The translations under genes and the position numbers were made by a program. Source: Sphyrna mokarran (taxonomy: Eukaryota). Taken from it: a DNA stretch of 64,000 bases. Positions 25,120-38,270 of the stretch are shown one piece after another. Below the pieces are notes generated by a model that saw nothing but the letters and a program-made list of their open reading frames with translations, made no database searches and had not been told where the DNA came from. The first letter of the stretch is position 1, and every line of letters begins with the position of its first letter. The stretch lies in the NCBI GenBank assembly GCA_024679065.1, contig JAGIQG010000009.1, positions 85,932,001-85,996,000 on the forward strand, given 5' to 3'.

Positions 25120-26700
25120 TGGAATAAGGAGCAAGAGTAGGCAATTCAGCCCTTTGAGACCACTCTGCAAATCAACATGATCATGGCTGATCTCCATTCC
25201 ATTCTAACTTCCCTTCCTTGCCTTTTCCCCTGAGTCCTTTATCCCACTTTTGATCAAATGTTTATCTATTGCTTTCTTGAATCCATTGATTGATTCTGTA
25301 TCCACTGCTCTTTGGAGTACTGAGTTTCATAGATTCACAACCTTTATTGAGAAGTAGGTGCTCCTTTTCTCTGTCTTGAAGCTGCTCCCCCACCCCCTTA
25401 CTCTTACAACTATAACCTCTTGTCCTAGACTGTTCTAGAAAAGGAACATTTGGTTAACATTTACTTTATCAATCCCATTGAGTATGTTATAAACATCAAT
25501 CAAATCCTCTCTTTTCTTCTGTACTCAAGCGTGTACAAGCCCAAGCTCTTCAAATCTGCTCTTCAAATGATACTCCCTTCAAACCTGCAATCAATCTAAT
25601 GAACTTTTTCTGAACTGCCTCCAGTGTCATCACATTCCTCCTCAAAGAAGGTGACTAAAATTGAACATAATATAGTGTGGTCTTACCAACCTCTTTATCC
25701 AATTGTAAGAACACTTCTCTACTTTTATAGTCTAGACTCTTTGCAATAAATGCTAAGATTCCATTTGCCTTCCTTATAATATTCTGGACTTGCATACCTG
25801 CCTTCTGAGACTCATGCACAAGGGCATTCAGATCCCTCTACATAGATTCCTTTTGAATCTGTTTCTCATTTAAATAGTAATTTACCCATATATTTTTCTG
25901 GCCAAAATGGATAATCTTGCATTTATCCACATTAAACTCCATCTGCCAGATTCTGGCCCATTACCCTAGCCTTTCAATATCTGTTTGTGCATTTTTCATC
26001 TCCTCACCACAGCCTGCTTTCCCATCTATTTTTGCATCCTAGCAAATTTTGCTATGTTCCTGCTTGTAGATCATTGATGTAGATGGCAAATAGCTGTGGT
26101 CTGAGAAAAGAACCCTGCGGGACCCCAACTGGAGAAGAACCCATTTATCTCAGCCTTCTGCTTTCTATCAGTCAGCCAATCCTCAATCCAAGCCATACTC
26201 TACTCCCAGCCACCCAGGATCTAACCTTCAGGATCAGTCTGTTGTGTGGCACCTTATCAAATGCCTTCTAGACGTCTATATAGATCACATCCAAAGGATC
26301 CCCGATATCTATCTTGCTGGTTATCAGCTCAAAAAATTCTAGCAGGCTTGTCAAACAAGACTTGCCCTATAGAAAACTGTGCTTACACTGGTGAATTGAG
26401 CTATGCTTTTCCAGATGGTCAGTACCTCTTTCTAAATGATTGACTCCAGCAACTTTCACAGAAGTCAAGCTGATTGGTCTTTTGTTTTCCACTTTTAGTC
26501 CCTCTCCTTTCTTGAATAAGGGCATCACGTTAGCATGTTTCCAGTCTACCAGTAACTTTCCAATTCAGGGAATTTTGGAATATCATAACTATTGCATCCA
26601 GTATCTCTGCTGTCAATCCTTTAACGCTTTGGGGTGCAGGCCATCAGGTCCTAGGGACTTTTAAACGCTCAATTTACTGAGTATCTTGTCCCTGATAGTA
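25120..26700 (-). mobile_element. Old CR1
   Basis: Antisense CR1 RT signatures; tail near 25125-25190. Confidence 0.75.
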
Positions 26701-27097
26701 ATTTCACCAAGGTGTTTTTCAGACAGAATTACTACCTCCTTCTACATCCAGCTGAGATCTCATTGTGTTTTCTTTGTTTCTCTAAGTCATCCTCAATTCG
26801 GCAATAGTCCTCTCTAAATTATAGATCCCAATAGATTTTCTCCACAACCACCACTACTTATTCAACCATGTTTTTCCAAGTGTTAGTTCATTGTGTCCTG
26901 ATTATTACAACTTTAACAGGAGAGATTCGAGATTTGACAACAAACATTGGAAATCATTGGTAGAATTCAACAATAAGAGAGGACATTAAACTCTGATGGG
27001 AGTTATCTCCTAGTCCTGATAAGCACAATGAAGTGATGTGTATGCTACAGGAATTCCCCTCTCTTTCCTCACACTGTTACTATCCCAGTCTATATTT

Positions 27098-28700
27098 GAA
27101 ACATAGAAGATGGGAGCAGGAGGCTATTTGGCCCTTTGAGCCTGCTCTGCCACTCATTACGATCATGGCTGATCATCCAACTCAACAGCTAATCCTGCTT
27201 TTTCCCCGTAACCTTTGATCCCGTTCAGCCCAAGTACTTCTTGAATATGTTCAATGTTTTGGCATCAACTACTTCATGTTGTAATGAATTCCACAGGCTT
27301 GTCGCTCTTTGGGTGAAGAAATGTCTCCTTACCACTGTTCAAAATGGTCTACCCTAAATCCTCAGACTGTGACCTCTGGTTCTGGATTCCACTACATTAA
27401 GAATATCTTCTCTGCAGCTACCCTGTCTAATACTGTTAGAACTTTAAAAGTCCCTGTGTGATTCCCCCCTCATTCGTCTCAACTCCAGTAAAAACAATCC
27501 TAACCTAGTCAATCTGTCCTCATACATTAGTCCTGTCATCCCCAGAATCAGCCTGGTAAATATTTGCTGCACTCTCTCAAGAGCAAGAACACCTTTCCTC
27601 AGAAAAGGAGACCAAGGAATACTCCAGGTGTGGCCTCACCAATGTCCTGTGTAATGGCAACAACACACCCCTGCTCCTGTACTCAAAACCATTTGCAATT
27701 AAAGCCAACATGCTATTTGCCTTCTTTACCATCTGCTGTAGCTGCATGTTTATCTTTAATAACTGATGCAGAAGGACCCCCAGTTCCCGCTTCACATCCC
27801 GTCTCCCAGTTTACAACCATTCAGGTGGTAATCTGCCTTCTTGTTTTTGCTTCCATAGTGAATAATTTCACATTTACCCAAATTATACTGCATCTGCCAT
27901 TAATTAGCCCTCTCACCCAATCTGTCCAGATCATTCTGAAGGATGTCTCACCTATCTTGGTATCATCTGCAAACTTTGAGATGTTACATTTTTGTCCCCT
28001 CATCCAAATCAATAACATATATTGTAAATATTTGCGGTTCCAGCACATTTCTCTATAGCACTAGTTACTGCCAGACAATTTGAAAAGCATTCTTAATTCC
28101 TACTGTTTGTTTCCTCTCTGTCAACCAGTTTTCTACCCATTTCAATACACTTCCCCCAATCCCATGCACTTTAATCTTGCATGATAATCTCTTGTGCGGG
28201 ACTTTGTCAAACGCTTTCTGAATGTCCAAATATTCCACATCCACTGATTCCCCTTTGTCAACTCTACTAGTTACATCTTCAAAGAATTCCAACAGATTTG
28301 TCAAACATGATTTTCCCTACAAAATCCATGCTGACTCTGGATAATATATTTGTCTTTATCAACTTCTTTCTCTTTACAGTTCTATGTAAACTCTTTGTGT
28401 CTGTCTGCAAGCTACTTGTATTACCCTTCTTAATCAATACCTTGGTCCTTCTTCATTGAATTCTAAACTGCTCCAATCCTCACACCTATTACTTTCCCTG
28501 GCTCAATATGTATACATCTTCCTTAGATTGGATACTTTCTCTAATTTCCCTTGTAGGCCATGGACTGGCCTTCTTACCATTTTGCTTTTGTCCAGACCGA
28601 AGTAAACAGCTGCTGCAGTTCTCCCATGCATTCCTTGAATATTTGCCAGTGCCTATCCAATGCCATTCCTTTAAGTAACTCTCCCCAATGTATCTTTGAA
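27098..28700 (-). mobile_element. Old CR1
   Basis: ORFs 27577-28304 (KAFDKVPH, KFADD). Confidence 0.85.
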
Positions 28701-28782
28701 TAATTGAAGTCTCTCATTCTCTGATGTGTGTCTGTGTGTGTGTGTAAATTCTCGCTATCTCCTTCCCACTATTTGGTGATCT

Positions 28783-31195
28783 ATAGAACATAGAACATAG
28801 AACATTACAGCACAGAACAGGCCCTTTGGCCTTCGATGTTGCGCCAACCAATATAAAAAGCAATGCCCCTCCAAACTAAACCATTCCCTTCTCTTCCATA
28901 TACTTATCAACTAACCTCTTAAACGCCACCAAACTTGGCGCATCTACAACCGCTGCAGGCAGGGCGTTCCACTCCCGAACCACCCTTTGGGTAAAGAACC
29001 TGCCTCTGATATCCGTCCTATAACTATCACCCATTAATTTAAAGCTGTGTCCCCTCGTGCTAGCTTTCTCCATCCTAGGAAAAAGGCTATCACTGTCCAC
29101 CTATCTAAACCTCTAATCATCTTATATGTTTCGATTAGGTCCCCTCTTAGCCGCCTCCTTTCTAACGAAAACAACCTCAAATCCCTCAGGCTCTCTTCAT
29201 AAGACCTGCCCTCCATACCAGGCAACATCCTGGTAAACCTCCTCTGTACCCTCTCCAATGCCTCCACATCTTTCTTATAATGGGGGGACCAGAACTGCAC
29301 ACAATACTCCAAGTGTGGCTGCACTAGAGTTTTGTACAGTTGCAACATGATGTTGCAGCTCCGAAATTCAATCCCCCTACCAATAAAAGCTAAGACTCCA
29401 TATGCCTTCTTAACAACCTTCTCGACTTGACTGCCTACTTTCAGGGATCTATGCACATACACACCAAGATCCTCTGTTCATCTAGACTACTAAGAATCCT
29501 ACCATTTGCCCTATACTCTACACATTTATTATTTCTGCCATAGTGCATTACCTCACACTTTTCCACATTAAACTCCATTTGCCACCTCTCAGCCCAGCTC
29601 TGCAACTTGTCTAAGTCCCGCTGCAAACTATAACAACCCCTCTTCACTATCTACCACTCCACTGACTTTAGTGTCATCTGCAAATTTACTAATCCATCCT
29701 TCAATACCCTCATCCAGATCATTTATAAAAATTACAAACAGCAGGGGCCCCAAAACAGACCCTGAGGTACACCACTTGTCACCGAACTCCACGATGAATA
29801 TCTCCCATCAACCACCACCTCTGTCTTCTATCTGCTAGCCAATTCCTAATCCAATTAGCTAAATCACCCTCTATCCCATACATCTGCATTTTCTGCAGAC
29901 GTCTTCCATGGGCCACCTTATCAAACGCCTTACTAAAGTCCATATATACCACATCAACTGCCTTACCCCCATCCACCTCTTTGGTCACTTTTTCAAAAAA
30001 CTCAATGAGGTTCGTAAGGCATGACCTACCCTTCACAAAACCATGCTGACTATCCCCAATCAATTCATTTCTCTCTAAATAACTATAATCCTATCCCTAA
30101 TAATTCTCTCCAATACTTTGCCCACAACAGAAGTAAGACTCACTGGCCTATAATTCCCTGGAAGGTCTCTCTTCCCCTTCTTAAACAATGGGACCACATT
30201 CGCTATCCTCCAGTACTCCGGAACCACACCCGTAACCAACGAGGACCTGAAGATCAGAGCCAGAGGCTCTGCAATCTCCTCTCTTGCCTCCCAGAGACTC
30301 CTAGGGTAAATCCCGTCCGGCCCAGGGGACTTATCCAACTTCAAACCTCGAGAATATCTAGCACATCCTCCCTATCTACTTCGATACCTTCCAGTTTGCT
30401 ACCCTGTACCTCAGTGTTCTCCATAACTACATTTACATCACCCTGCGTGAATACCGAAGAGAAGTATTTATTCAGTACCTCTCCAATCTCCTCAGGCTCC
30501 ACGCACAACTTCCCACTGCTGTCTATGACTGGCCCTAATCTTGCCCTAACCAATCTTCTATTCTTAACATATCTAAAGAAAGCTTTAGGATTCTCCTTAA
30601 TCCTATCAGCCCAAGTCTTCTCGTGTCCTCTCTTAGCTCTCCTCAATTCACTCTTTAGCTCCCTCCTGGCTAATCTATAGCTATCCATTGCACTAACCGA
30701 GCCTTCAAGCCTCATCCTGACATAAGCCTCCTTTTTTCTTTTAACCAGCAAATCAACTTTTTTTGTACACCAAGGTTCTCTTACTCGACCATTTCCTCCT
30801 CGCCTGACAGGGACATACTTATCAAGGACTCGCAGTAGCTGCTCCTTGAATAAGCTCCACATTTCAGATGTTCCCAGTCTCTGTAGTTTCCTAGTCCAAC
30901 CTATGGACCCTAATTCCCTCCTTATGGCCTCATAATTACCATTCCCCCAGCTATAACTACTGTCCCCAGCTTCATGCCTATCCCTATCCATCACTAAGGT
31001 GAACGTAACCAAATTGTGGTCACTATCACCAAAATGTTCACCAACTTCCAAGTCTAACACCTGGTCTGGCTCATTGCACAGCACCAAATCCAATGTAGCC
31101 TCACCTCTAGTTGGCCTATCTACATACTGAGTCAAAAAACCCTCCTGCACACTTTGTATAAAAACTGACCCCTCCAATGAGCTAGAGCTATAGCT
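28783..31195 (-). mobile_element. CR1 LINE (end of endonuclease domain plus RT, frameshifted), same subfamily as 4584-5930
   Basis: ORF pieces 30341-31321 (SDH motif), 30075-30344, 29779-30063, 29034-29647 and 28876-29100; tail at about 28785. Confidence 0.96.
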
Positions 31196-31657
31196 ATAGT
31201 TTACACCCAGTAGTGTAATCACTACTTTATTGCTCCCATCGCTCTGTCCAGTTTGATTGTAATTTGCCCCCCTCCAGTACATTACCTTTTTCCAGTTTCT
31301 GTGATCAGTCCTCTCACCCATGTTTGCCTCTTGAGAAACCTGCTGCCTCCCATCACTATTGCCGCAAGTCCATTCTGAGATATTGTCAGGATTAATCTCT
31401 TCCGTAGGTGATGAGAAAGGACTTTGGAATGATAAGTAATTCCAATAAGCTGCATTTATTTAATCCAGATAAACATCCCAAAATGTTTCACAGGAATGTA
31501 ATCCCAGTCACACTGAATCTTTCTAATCTACATAATGCTATGCTTAGACTTTCCATCACGTCACACACTGGAATCAGTCTGGAACAGGGTTTGATACAAT
31601 GGTTTCTGAATGAGCAGACACTGGAGTTATTCATTGATCTTCTCATTCCCTATACAG

Positions 31658-31801
31658 ATGGAACATTCTGATTGACTGCAGGATCTTCGAAGGGAATAAA
31701 GTTCAATTTGATTGGTGGAATTATTTTTATTTCTATCGTTCTGATTGCTGCATTTATTGATGTGATTGTGATGAAGAAGAGAAATAGGAAATGAAGACAA
31801 G
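31658..31801 (+). pseudogene. MHC class I connecting peptide/transmembrane exon (two stops)
   Basis: tatacag|DGTF*LTAGSSKGIKFNLIGGIIFISIVLIAAFIDVIVMKKRNRK*RQ. Hydrophobic stretch followed by a basic stop-transfer cluster. The donor is uncertain (G|gcactc). Confidence 0.8.
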
Positions 31802-32109
31802 GCACTCACTCACTCAAGTTGTGAGGGATAGAAGCAGGAGGAAATAAAGGAAGTATCACCCATGCTATCAAATTGGAGAAGGAATGAAGTAGGAAGTGAG
31901 GGCAGGAAAGGGGGAGGCCATTACAGGAACTACAGTTAATAGAGAAGGTTGAAAGTGAGAGAGATGTGAAGGGAGAGATGTGACTGATGGGAGGGGAGTA
32001 TGGTATTTGTAACAGAGTGCCGTTGGGTGTGTACGGTAATTTTGTGTGGGTGAGGTGAGGCTATCAGATTTTTTTGTTTGTAATTGAGATTCTCTTTTGC
32101 CTATTATAG

Positions 32110-32136
32110 GACAGAAGAATTCTGCTTACACAAATC
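32110..32136 (+). pseudogene. MHC class I cytoplasmic mini-exon
   Basis: tattatag|GQKNSAYTN-C|gtaagt; 27 nt, canonical sites, phase 1/1, contains Tyr. Confidence 0.75.
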
Positions 32137-32447
32137 GTAAGTGTACAAATGGCCCAACTGTGTGCATGTGAATGTCTGTGGCTGGAGAGAAGAGGGTTAC
32201 TCTGCCTCTCAGATCCACCCCCCCCCCACCCCCATCTCTGTCACTCATTATCTCTCACTGCCTGTCTTTTGTGTTTCTCTTACCTTGTCTCTACTTTTCT
32301 CCCATCAGGCTATGTGCTGTTCTCTGTTTGCTTCTTTCACTCATGCTATCGTTCTGCCTCTTATCCACTCACTCGATCCCTCTGTGTTCTCTATACAGAA
32401 CATACACCACAATGTGAAATGTTTGACAGAATTTTTTCTTTTCACAA

Positions 32448-32521
32448 CTGCTGAGAAAGGAAGTTCATTGTCAGACTCATCAATCTACACCTGCAATACC
32501 GAGTCGCTCACTGCAGGTTGA
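32448..32521 (+). pseudogene. MHC class I terminal cytoplasmic exon
   Basis: Pyrimidine tract ending in caa (AG apparently mutated), then (P)AEKGSSLSDSSIYTCNTESLTAG*, a Ser-rich class I-like tail. AATAAA at 32686-32691. Confidence 0.65.
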
Positions 32522-33167
32522 CACCAGCTGCAACTATACCAAACAAGGTTATCAAAAGCAGGAATGGTGGGCCTGGGATATTGGAAGATACACCAGACTG
32601 AATTTCATTACAGTCTTATTCTTTTGGCAACAAGGATATTTCAAAAAAGCAATAACTTCACTAAGTAAATCAAAGAAATAGGTTTAATAAAGAAACTTCA
32701 TTACACCAACTCTTGGGCTATGTCCAGGCCACACAAGCCCCCTCTGCTTTCCTTTTAAACTGGATCAGCTGACCACTACATCATTTTACCATTGGTTACA
32801 TTGTCTATAAGGTCAGCTGACCCCTCAGCATGTTATCATTGGTCATCTTATACAGATTCCAATGTTATCGTTGGTTACATTAGAACAAGTATCGCTGCTT
32901 TTTCACGTGATGTCTCTATAGATTTCTAACTTAGTGAAAGCTGCGATCCCCCAGCCAGTGTGTAAGACACAAGCTCCAGTGATGGAGGAGTAACTTTGAC
33001 AGATGATGATATTACAGAGATAGAAATAGATTGTAGAGAACGACTGATGGAAAACGGTGATTGATGGTTATGATGCAATGTGGGATATGTGACCAAGTTG
33101 TACGTGACCAGGCTGAATGAGAGAATCTGAGTAAATTCACCTTACCTCCCTGTGGCAATGTGGTGAT

Positions 33168-33370
33168 TCATAGAACATAGAAATAGAACACTACAGCACA
33201 GAACAGGCCTTCGGCCTTCGATGTTGCGCCGACCAATATAAAAAGCAATGCCCTCCAAACTAAACCATTCCCTTCTCTTCCATATACTTATCAACTAACC
33301 TCTTAAACGCCACCAAACTTGGCGCATCTACAACTGCTGCAGGCAGGGTATTCCACTCCCGAACGACCCT
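33168..33370 (-). mobile_element. Short 3' fragment of the same young CR1 subfamily
   Basis: Nearly identical to 28790-28985. Confidence 0.9.
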
Positions 33371-34739
33371 GTAAGCTTAGGATTCTAAGCTTTTCACATT
33401 CAGAAAAGCTTAGGATGAAAGTGTGATATAGGTGTGAGATTGAAGAGCAGGCTGATTTAAAATCACTTCAAACACACAATTCACTGCGTTGTTTTGTAAA
33501 AATGAGTTGACTGAAGAAACACGTGATGTTCAGTGTAGAAACAGAAGATTGAGATAATTAGATCCCTCTCTGAAACTACCACTGAGTGAGGATATATGAG
33601 CAATAACAAGAGCAAAAACATCCAGAGCCACAATTGAGATTGCATTTTCCGGCTGCATTTTAAATTTTTCACTACCGTGTTGTGTTAATTTCTGTAACAC
33701 AATGAGTATTCAATCCAGTTTTAATAAAACATGGAACTGTTCTTTGTGTCTGTTTCTCATTCCATTCAGAAAGCTGTTTAAAACCCAGCCTCGCAGGACT
33801 AATGAGAAAAGCCAATACCATAAGCTGTACCATAGAATCCCTACAGAAACCATTTGGCCCATCAAGTCTGCACTGATTCTCCAAAAGAGCATCTTACCAG
33901 GCTGGTCCACTGCAATAGCAGTAACTCTGTGTGTTTACCATGGCCAATCCACCTAACGTACATATGTCTGCACATTTATGATTCAATTTAACAAAGAACA
34001 AAACAGTACGGGAAACAGGCCCTTCGGCCCAACGAGCCCGTGCTGCCACCTCAATGTTCCCACTTCTACCCGTGATCCCTGTCTACGTTTATAGATCTAT
34101 GGATCTCCTTCTGCACTTTAGCATGGTCAATCTATCCAAGCTGTATATCTTTGATGCATATAGTTTGGTGTGCTGACTTCCCTTTTAGAGTATGAACCAG
34201 GTGACCTACAGGCTATTGGTTCCATCTGGTGTCGGGCGCTGTGGACAATCTCAGAGCTGACTGCAAATGAGTGCAGATCTTCAATAAACAGCTCCCAGTA
34301 TTCCCAGTACCTAAGATTCTTTGCGAAGTGTAGGTTTATTTATTAGTGCATAAGTAGGTTGACAACACACTGCTGTGAAATTTAGCTTTGTGCAATTCCT
34401 CCTTGAAATTTCTCCGCTCATTTGTGTACCCAAACAGGCTACTATAGTGTGCGGCTTGCGTTTGCAAATCATTAATCAAGTTGCCACAGCTCGCGGTGCC
34501 TGTTGCGTCGGGTACCTGTAGGAAAATTTGCATGATCAATTAAGCCGCTCAAGCTCAACGTGTCTTTCTGGAGCTGTGGGAGGAAAACACCTTACACACG
34601 CAGACAGTGTAGGCAAATGTGGCAGACTGTCGTACTGACAGTAAACATAGAATCCATTGCAAGCGTCAGAACAGGCGTCCCACGTGGGGGGGATGACTGC
34701 CTCGATTTTCCGTGCCAGGGTTATGGCTGTACCGACCTT

Positions 34740-34770
34740 NNNNNNNNNNNNNNNNNNNNNNNNNNNNNNN
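34740..34770. other. Assembly gap
   Basis: Run of N. Confidence 0.99.
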
Positions 34771-35929
34771 TTCCCCTCACCCCTGTGCTACCACAAGTAC
34801 CCATACGCATGCTCAGATACGGACATGTTATCTCCAATACATTACTCCTCTTTACCCAGCCTTGACACTGTATGTAACTGATAACAGTGCGAAAGCAACA
34901 CCTAGCCTCAAAGTCCAGGAGGAAGTCAAACTCATCAAGTGTGTTCTGCTTGTATACAGTCTTCCTGGTGGGATACTTAATTGCAGAGGGAATAAAACTC
35001 CAGAGTGTTGGCTCTTTAATCATTCATGAGATGCAAATAGCATTCTTGACATAGCTGTATGGTCTTTAACCCATCATGAAAATAGGGTACAAAGATTCCA
35101 AACTGACTTCTTGCCACTAGGAGTCTGATTTCTGATTTTCCATCAAATCTTTGCTATTCTACCTGCTACAATTTCTGCTGCTGCTGAGAATGGAAAGTTC
35201 TGTCCACTGATTCATACATTGATTTCATTCTGGGGCTTGTTTGCAATACTGATTTAACAGTTAAATCTCATTCATTATTTGTGAGGGGAAGGGGAAAGAT
35301 TCAATAGAGCAATGATTCAGATCTCCATCTCTCAGCTGCTGGCTCTCAAATGCACAGTTGGGGTCTGGGAGTCCAACTGCACCAAGTCCAGCTGGTTTTT
35401 GCTGATTAAGTCCATGGGGCCTCGGTTCTGTACCATGTGGACAGCCTTAATTCTGCAGTAGGTGGGGGTGGGGAGCCTATTGAAGGGATCTGCTTCATAA
35501 GATTGTCCCGGGAAAAGCAAAGTGATTGGGAGGTACAACACAGTACAGGATACAGGCCCTTTGGCCTAACAAGCCCAAGCTGCCACCTCAACATTCCCAC
35601 TTCCACCCCTGAGCCTTGTCTGTGTTGACAGAAATCTGCATTGAAACCAAATTGATTTATGTTCCGTGACTTTACATAACACAGTTTTTGCTTGAGTAAT
35701 TGGGGATTGGAAAGGAGTACTTGGTTATGCTTTGCAAAAGGTGATTTAATTTGTATTTGCTATTTTATATTAAGTTCTAATAAATTAGATTTGGACTCCA
35801 AATCTGTCTTTGTCAAATGTATCTAACAAATAATAAGGAACATTCAAATCTTGTAACAATCAAATTCCCCAAGTATCTCAGTGTTTAATATTAAAAGTGT
35901 GATTTATTTCAAACTTGTCAGAATGGATG

Positions 35930-38270
35930 GAAATCAAGAAATGGGAGGGAGGAAGTTGAGAAAATTACAGTCAGCAGGAAGTGCTTTTGAGAAAATTGGA
36001 ATTGTGGACTGAGAACCCCAGGCCATTATGGATTTCATTCTATAATCTTGAAAGAAATGCTTCATAAGATGATTGATGCATGAGTTTAAATCTTCCAAAA
36101 TTCCCCAGATTCGGAGGTTTATATTAAATTAGAAAATTACAAATATAATTCCTTTGTTCAAAAGGGGAGACAGAAAGCAGGAAACTACAGGCTAGTTAGT
36201 CTAACATCTGCCATGGAGAAAACGTTAGTCATTATAGAAAAAGTTGTAACCAGATGCTTAAATTCAAACAATCAAGCAGAGCCAACATGGTTTTGTGAAA
36301 AAGAAAATTCTGTTTAAACACTTGTATTGAAGTTCCATGTAATATGGGTAAAGAGAAATTGGTAGATATACTATTTGGATTTCTAGAGACATTTGATAAG
36401 GTGCCATATCAAAGGTTATTGTAAATCAAAGCTCATGGTGTGTGGGTAATATATGCATGAATTGCAGATTGTTTCCTGTTAGTTTAACCAGTTGGTATAA
36501 ATGGGTCTTTTTCTATTTGGCAGGAATGAATTGTGTACCATGGATCAGTGCTGGGCCTCAACTTTTTACAGTGTATATATAAATGGATAAATCTTGATAA
36601 ATTTGCTCATTGCTTATGTGTCAAAGCAGACATTGAGGATGTTACAAAGGGATATGTCAAATGGAAAGTTTCCATTTTTTGGTGGGAATTAATAAAAGTA
36701 ACTTTATTGAAATTGTTATAAATTGCAGAGCTGATATGCACATAGGAACACTAACAATGTTATTTATTTTGAGGGGAAATTCCTAATTACAAAGTTAGGA
36801 AGGTTATGCGTACGTTGTAAAGGCATTGGTGAGACCACATCTGGAATATTGTATTGGTTTCTTTATTTAAGAACAAAGAACAAAACAGCACGGGAAACAG
36901 GCCCTTCGGCCCAACGAGCCCGCGCCGTCACCCCGATGTTCCCATCTCTACCCACGATCCCTGTCCATGTTTATAGATCTATGGATTAAAAACCAAAATT
37001 GAAACAATTTAGGGAGAATTTCTTTTGCCAATTAGCCTAAGAGCACATCTTTAGGATGTGGGAGGAAACCGGAGTGCCCGGAGAATGCGCAAACTCCCAC
37101 AGACACAGGCCCAAATCCATGTATCTGCACAGCACAGCAATAGTCACTGAGCTGTTGTGTTGCCCATCAAATGGTCCAGGTCAAGTGTACACTAACGACG
37201 TGAAGCACCAGGATACTCTCAAAAGATCCAAGAGCTGCCCTCTCATGACCCATTGCGTGTATGCCCCTCATTAGACAGCAAGGTGGACCAAAGCACCTGT
37301 AGGATAAAAACAAGTACATCAATATCATCATCTATTTACACACTTCCCAGGGACTCCCAAGGCTCATGATCCCTATTTTAAATCAGTTTTCTATACCTCT
37401 CCATTCCCATTCTCTTCATGTGCCCATCTGAGTATTTCTTAAATAACTCCAGAGTACCTGCCTCCACCACTTTATTTGGCAGTGCATTCCACACCCCCAC
37501 CACCACCTGTGTGAAAAAACTCCCTCTAGCATCCAAATTATACCTTAGCCCCCTCACCTAAGCCCGTGACCACTCGTGCTATTTGAGTCCATCCTAGGAA
37601 AAAGCTTAACCCTGTTTACACGATCTATCCCCTTCATAATCTTGTACACCTCTATTAGATCTCCTCTAAGTCTACGTCTTTCTAAGGAAGACGGTCCCAA
37701 TTTGCCTAATCTCTCCTCATAACTCAGATCTTCCATACCAGGCAGCATCCTGGTAAACCTCTCTGCACTCTCTCCAGAGTCTCCACGTCCTTCTGGTAGT
37801 AAGGCGACCAGAACTGGACAAAAAGATGTAAAAGGCTTTACAAGCAGTTCAGAAAAATGTTTACTGGATTAATACTAAGAATGGGTAAATTGTGTTATGA
37901 TAAAAGGCTGGAGAGGTTTTGTGTATCCAGGAGAGTTTCGAAGAGTAAGTGACAAATTGAGCCATACACGGAGAAAATGTTTCCTTACAGGAAAATCTAG
38001 AACAAGGTCACTGATTTACAGATAAGGATATTTAAGATTGAGATGAGGCAAATGTATGTCTCTCATAGTGAATTCAGTCTCTGGAACTCCCTTTTCAAAA
38101 GGCAGTGGAAACAAAACCTTTGAATCTTTTTATTAACAAGGGGGTGAAAGGGATTGGGGATGGACAGGAATGTGGAGTTGAGGTTGCAATCAGAAGCCAC
38201 AATCTTAGTGACTGAGCGGGCTTAAGAGGCCAAATATCCTATTCCTGTTCTTAATTCATATGATCATAGC
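35930..38270 (+). mobile_element. Old decayed CR1 hosting the 36870-37820 insertion
   Basis: GNYR, QHGF, FDKVP and LVRPHLEY remnants; continues after 37820. Confidence 0.75.
36870..37820 (-). mobile_element. Truncated CR1 with SINE-containing 3' UTR, inserted antisense into an old CR1
   Basis: ORF 37554-37748 plus the same UTR architecture. Confidence 0.93.

Larger units (their letters stand above)
13260..32521 (+). pseudogene. MHC class I heavy-chain pseudogene, 7 coding exons (lineage not assigned)
   Basis: Collinear phase-1 exons: leader 13260-13305, alpha1 14929-15176, alpha2 20453-20708 plus 22177-22184, alpha3 22721-22993, TM 31658-31801, cyt1 32110-32136, cyt2 32448-32521. Several exons carry disabling lesions. 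Confidence 0.93.

Noticed and set aside
31200-31410. Possible Ig V-like exon on the minus strand
   Set aside because: It reads across frames as a decayed CR1 endonuclease.
33560-33672. Minus-strand signal-peptide-like ORF (MQSQLWLWMFLLLLLLIYP)
   Set aside because: No splice donor or downstream exons found; T-rich sequence yields such peptides by chance.
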